Shown here piece by piece: positions 59,269 through 64,000 of a stretch of DNA of 64,000 bases. This DNA comes from Pocillopora damicornis (Eukaryota). The notes beneath the pieces are model-generated. The model was not told the origin of the DNA, did no database searches, and worked only from the letters and a program-made list of their open reading frames with translations. Every line of letters starts with the position of its first letter. Within the stretch, counting starts at the first letter, position 1. The position numbers were made by a program, and so were the translations under genes. The DNA lies in contig NW_020846216.1 of assembly GCF_003704095.1 (NCBI RefSeq), positions 124,001-188,000 of the forward strand, given 5' to 3'.

Positions 59269-62200
59269 ATGGTCGCCGGAGCGTATGCAACGAACCCCAG
59301 AAGGCAGAAAACGTACAAAAATGGCTACTCTGCCAAAGCTAATGGATTTGCAGCTCACGAGCAAGCGAAACTTAAAGAGTTTAAAGAGTCTTTTACCGAG
59401 GATTTCGAGGATACACCGTTTCAAGTCGCTGTTTTAACGTATCTATCTTACTTCTTTTTGATTCTGTTCGGCTACTTACGTGACTTCATGCGAAAATACG
59501 GTTTGGAAAAGTCGAAAGCACCGAAAGAGGGCGGAAATGAGGTGAGAATGTGATCTAAAAGTGCTTTTACTTACAAAGAAATATTCATAGCTTCCTGAAA
59601 TCATTACGGATTTCAAGATCAGGCACAGTTCTCTGATGTCAGCTGTTGCTGTACAATCACGAATCGCTACACCACAATTTGAGGGCGTCGACCGAAATTA
59701 TTTTTAGTCAAAAACTTCCTTTCATCAAGCTTCGATTCTGTAACTATACTTCCCATAAAGAAAATTCGTCGATGGAGGAATTATTTTTTCTGGGAATGTG
59801 AATTTAATGCCCGAGTTATTCACAAAATATTCGTTCTCGTTCTTCGATCGATGCAGCGCGCTTCGTTTCGCAATGTTTTGACGGTGAGACGCATGGGCAA
59901 ATAGACTGATGTTGTCATTGAACAAGAATGTAGAGGCCTGTGGTCATTCATAAATTTAAAATAACGCAATGTGACAACATCTAGATGTTACATATTTCCC
60001 TGGCAGTATAATGTATCCGCTTAAAACCCGTACAATTATGATGTAAGTGCATGGTATTGCATAACTCAACACCTTGGAAAGATCACCATACCAAGATAAA
60101 ATGTGTCACTCAGGAAAATTAGCTCTCCTTTTTTTTCGATGAAAACAGTTACGTTAACCCCTAATCCACCAAGAGGTCTTTGACAAATTTCCTCTTTAGT
60201 TGTCTTGTGTTCATTCCTTATCTTCTCGTTTTCATCCTCTGTTTGTTGGATATAAATTTGCTGAGAGGTCACATGCTAATCACCTCAATAAGCCAAAGAG
60301 CTAAGGTTTGAAAATAAGGTCGGATTTTCATGAGGCCACATTTATCTATAACTTTAGGCTAAAACCTGATGTTTACAAATTGATAAAGAGGGTAATTTTG
60401 TAAAGAAACTACATGTACATGGGGTGGGGTGTAATTAGATAATTTGGTTTTGTCAGCTGACTTAATAATATGAATTGGCCTTGTCAAAATTTCTAAAGCT
60501 GATGTTTTGTGTGTTAGTCTTTTGTCAGAGTGAATTAGGTATTTCACGCAAGGCATTTTACACTGAGGTTTTTAATGTTAGCTTTTCATCAGAGAAATTA
60601 AGAGCTTATTTCAATCCAATGCTGATAAACCAAAATCATAGTAATCACAATTGCAAGTCTTAGCAAAGGGAGCAAGGGTCCAATGAGAATTCAGAGTGAA
60701 AGCAAGCTAACTTCTAATAGCATGGGAAACTGTGACCAACCAAGTCATGGTTTTTTTTGGTTTTTTGTTTAGATCTGATTGATGTCAGTTTTCTGAACCA
60801 ATCAAGTGGTGAAATAAAGCAGAACCAAATAAATCTTGGAATGCATACAACACTCAATTTAAAATTGCTCTAAAAAGGAGTGTTAAAATCAGGTTATTTT
60901 TTACTCTTTTTATTGTTCTTGGTATCCTGATATTTTATGTTTTTTTTTAGCATGCTTTATTCATTAGTACCTTGTTCTACTGCACTTGCCCTTCCTTATA
61001 CTCAGAACAATTTGACCCTTTAACTCTCATTAGTAATAACTGTGTATATACAATTCCTATGATGTTAACTCAGAGATAATGTTATTATATCAAACAGTAA
61101 TCCCATAAATTTAATTTTTTTTAAAATTGTTATTACTGGTTGTTATTGTATTGATTGTAACTAAAGGAGAAAATGCTCTTGGTTACTCCTGGGTGTTAAC
61201 CCTTTAACTCCCAGATCAAATTTGTAATTCTCCTTACTGTCAACCATGTAATTCTTATAATGTTAGTTCAGAGAATAAAGTATTGGATCAACTAATTATC
61301 CCAAATTGATATTTTTCTTTATTCTCATCACTTACCTGGTTGATATTGTATTGATAATGTGAGGAGAAATTCTGTTTTGGTCACTCATGGGAGTTAAAGG
61401 GTTAAAGGATTTGCAGTCTTAATAACTTACTGTTAAAAGTCGAGTAGACCTCATTTTCTCCAAACTACTTAACAAGACTTAAAGCAATGTTTAGTACAAA
61501 AGGAAAGGAAATAACACTTCAAAAGTGTGCCATGGAAAAGTGGGGTGAAATGACAAGCAGTTGGCTAGCTAAACCTAAGTTGTTAAACTAAGCTTAAAAA
61601 GTAAATCCTTTTAGCACATGTATCAAGCATGGCCTTGTTTTTCTTGATAACAAACACTTATAATACTGTGTAAAATACAATTTGGCCTAAGTGCATTAGA
61701 TATTTGTTTGTCAATGAATAATATTATTTTCTCATTGTTTGACCCTTAAATATTCAATATTTTACAGTTCATGTAACTCCTACACCTGCATGACTCTTTA
61801 ATTGATTTGTCCACCTGTCAGTGTGTCTTCATCACATTTTTACATGTAGAAGTTCACAGTTTTGTTTCAGAAACTAAAGGTTACTTGAGTCTCTTTCCTT
61901 TTTTTGTTTTGTTTTTCTTCAGGGTTTTGTCCCCCTTTATGCGGATTTTGAAAGTTTCTACACAAGGAATCTTTATACTCGAATAAGAGACTGCTGGAAC
62001 AGACCAATCTGCAGTGTTCCTGGTGCAGATATTGAAATTCTTGATAGAGTCACTGATAATTATGGGTGGTCTTTCAGGTATGATGTACATACCTAAGTTT
62101 TTAAAAATTGTTTTAAAGCGTTTTTTGCAAGGGACTTTCAAGGTCATAACTGCTTAAATTGTTGGTAATAATTATTGAAATACTTGCAGATACCAGAGAA

Positions 62201-63758
62201 GACAATGTGCCTCAGTTAACATGCCAAAAAAAAGCAAAAACTCAAAATTAAATTCATTTTTATGTATGTAAAAAACTGGACAAAATCTCCGGCTATCCAA
62301 GGAGTTGGGCAGAGCAAAACCTATATTTGATTGGACATTGACTGTTGACTAGCCATTATTCTGAGCCTTAATCTTGCATTCCCAAGTTAGCAGAGTCAAT
62401 TTAGAACATTACAGTTAGAATCTAAGTTACAGAACTACTGTAAGGCAGCTTTATTGATTACTGATTTTATTAATGACATACCTGGTGTATTTTTAAATTT
62501 CTTTTCTTAGAAAAACTGGAGAGACCACAAAAGCACTTAATCTTGGTTCTTATAACTACCTTGGCTTTGCGGAAAATGTGGGTCCATGTGCTGAGGCTGC
62601 TGAGAAAACAGTCCTTAAATATGGTCTGGGAGGCTGTAGTCCAAGACATGAATATGGTGAGCTAAACAACATTTCTGTAGCAGAAAATGATCAGTAGTAG
62701 AGCAAATGCCAACTCCTCTGGGGTTGGACTAGGACTTTGCATTTCACGTAGTACAGCGTGGGTGCCACAGGCTAGCAACTTTTATGTCTTTGGGGAACTG
62801 GTAAAACTTTACTTCTACAGAAGCTTTTTGAGTAGGGTATCTAGACGTTTTGTATCAGAGTCCTCAGTAATTTCTCCAAGAGTGCAAAGTTTGTAATTGA
62901 GCCCATACAGTCAGCACTTATCTTGGTTTCTGCAGTATGAAGTGCTTAGGAGAATTATTTCTCCTCCCTGGATGGGGATGCTAGTCTGCCTTAAGGTTAC
63001 CCCTAAGCACTTCATCAAACTTCCCAAACACTTTGCCAGTACTCATTTATACTCCTGGGTGGAGAGAAGAATTGTGAAAGGAAAGAGTTTTGCCTACAAA
63101 CACAATAATGACCCCAGTCAGTTCTTGAACTCAGAGCTCTTGACCCAAAGTCCAGCACATCAGCCATTGGGTCATTGCTTCCCCCAGATTGCTTTTCCAA
63201 GAGTGCAGCTGTGGTAATGCTGGTCCAGAGCAAGGTTGCCCATTAGGCAGTGTTTCCTCAGCTTTCCCTCACAAGTAATTGTTCAGAGGATTTTGTTTCC
63301 TCTCCAGGAACTCTTCACATTCATGATGAACTGGAAGCTCTTGTGGCGCGGTTTCTTAATAAGCCTGCAGCAATAGCTTTTGGAATGGGTTTTGCTACAA
63401 ACTCCACCAACATACCCACTCTTGTGGGGAAAGGTGATTTGATTGTCAGTGATGAGTTGAATCACTCCTCCCTTGTTCTGGGAGCCAGATTGTCTGGGGC
63501 TAAAATAAAAGTCTTCAAACATAATGGTAAGAATTGATGATTAATTTGATTAAAGAAATCTGGTAAATACTGCAGGCCATTTTACAAGGAATTCATCATA
63601 CTGTTAATCCAATGATTGGGTATTGTAGTGAGAAATTTTATTTGAATTTTAGACATGAAAAGCCTGGAGAATATTCTTCGCGAATCTGTTGTTCAGGGAC
63701 AGCCACGCACTCACAGACCTTGGGGAAAAATTCTCATCATTGTTGAAGGAATTTACAG
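59269..63758 (+). CDS. SPTLC2: Serine palmitoyltransferase catalytic subunit (SPTLC2/3, LCB2), 5' part; continues beyond the window
   Basis: Exons 59269-59541, 61923-62077, 62511-62656, 63308-63526 and 63653-63758 are in frame: [100 protein letters not shown]. Confidence 0.96.
60385..60525 (-). mobile_element. Highly decayed Penelope-like 3' remnant
   Basis: GGGTAATTTTGTAAAGAAACTAC...TAATTTGGTTTTGTCAGCTGACTTAATAATATGAATTGGCC...AAGCTGATGTTTTGTGTGTTAG. Confidence 0.5.
61012..61405. mobile_element. Two adjacent or nested TTAA-type MITEs
   Basis: A decayed copy (61012-61199) abuts a younger complete copy (61196-61405, TTAACCCTTTAACTCCCA / TGGGAGTTAAAGGGTTAA). They share the TTAA at 61196-61199. 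Confidence 0.75.
62897..63190 (-). mobile_element. tRNA-derived SINE in an SPTLC2 intron
   Basis: Reverse complement of the family body (CTCCCTGGATGGGGATGCTAGTC; CATTTATACTCCTGGGTGGAGAGA). Flanked by a possible TSD, TCCAAGAGTGCA (62875-62886 and 63196-63207). Confidence 0.6.
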
Positions 63759-63900
63759 GTATGTATTAACTGAGGTAAAATGCAAGTTGGACCAATGCAG
63801 ACTGAAGGCAATGCCAGCTGATGTTGTCATGTTAAAATTTAACATTGGTTGAATGAACTGGCAGGGTCTGTTGGGGTTTTACATCTCCACTGTGTTGACT

Positions 63901-64000
63901 GAACACTTTTAACCTGAAGAGTGACTAAAATCTAAGTTCTCCTTACAACATCACCCCTGAATCAAACATCAAGGTCATGAGAATAAAGAAAATGATCATC
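63901..64000. mobile_element. TTAA-type MITE, subfamily 2, cut by the window end
   Basis: AAGAGTGACTAAAATCTAAGTTCTCCTTACAACATCACC...AAGGTCATGAGAATAAAG. Confidence 0.7.

Overview
This is eukaryotic animal DNA: AT-rich, with spliceosomal GT-AG introns and five assembly gaps. The gene and repeat content suggests an anthozoan, probably a stony coral (inference). Gene order: (1) an intronless MAB21/cGAS-like receptor (cGLR, minus strand) with an intact catalytic triad, head-to-head with (2) STN1, whose 5' exons are probably in gaps; (3) PAF1 (minus strand); then three consecutive plus-strand tandem arrays, namely (4) two 7-exon uncharacterised secreted proteins built from an internal two-fold repeat, (5) three NXPE/PC-esterase (SGNH) type II membrane proteins, and (6) an N-acylated globin with a TyrB10/GlnE7/ThrE11 pocket plus its pseudogenised twin; and finally (7) the 5' half of serine palmitoyltransferase 2/3. 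Introns and intergenic DNA carry TTAA-flanked MITEs, tRNA-derived SINE remnants, a 72-bp minisatellite and many Penelope-like 3'-end remnants. Several of the latter are fold-back structures around minimal hammerhead ribozyme cores. All exon models were spliced and translated by hand; no database searches were run.
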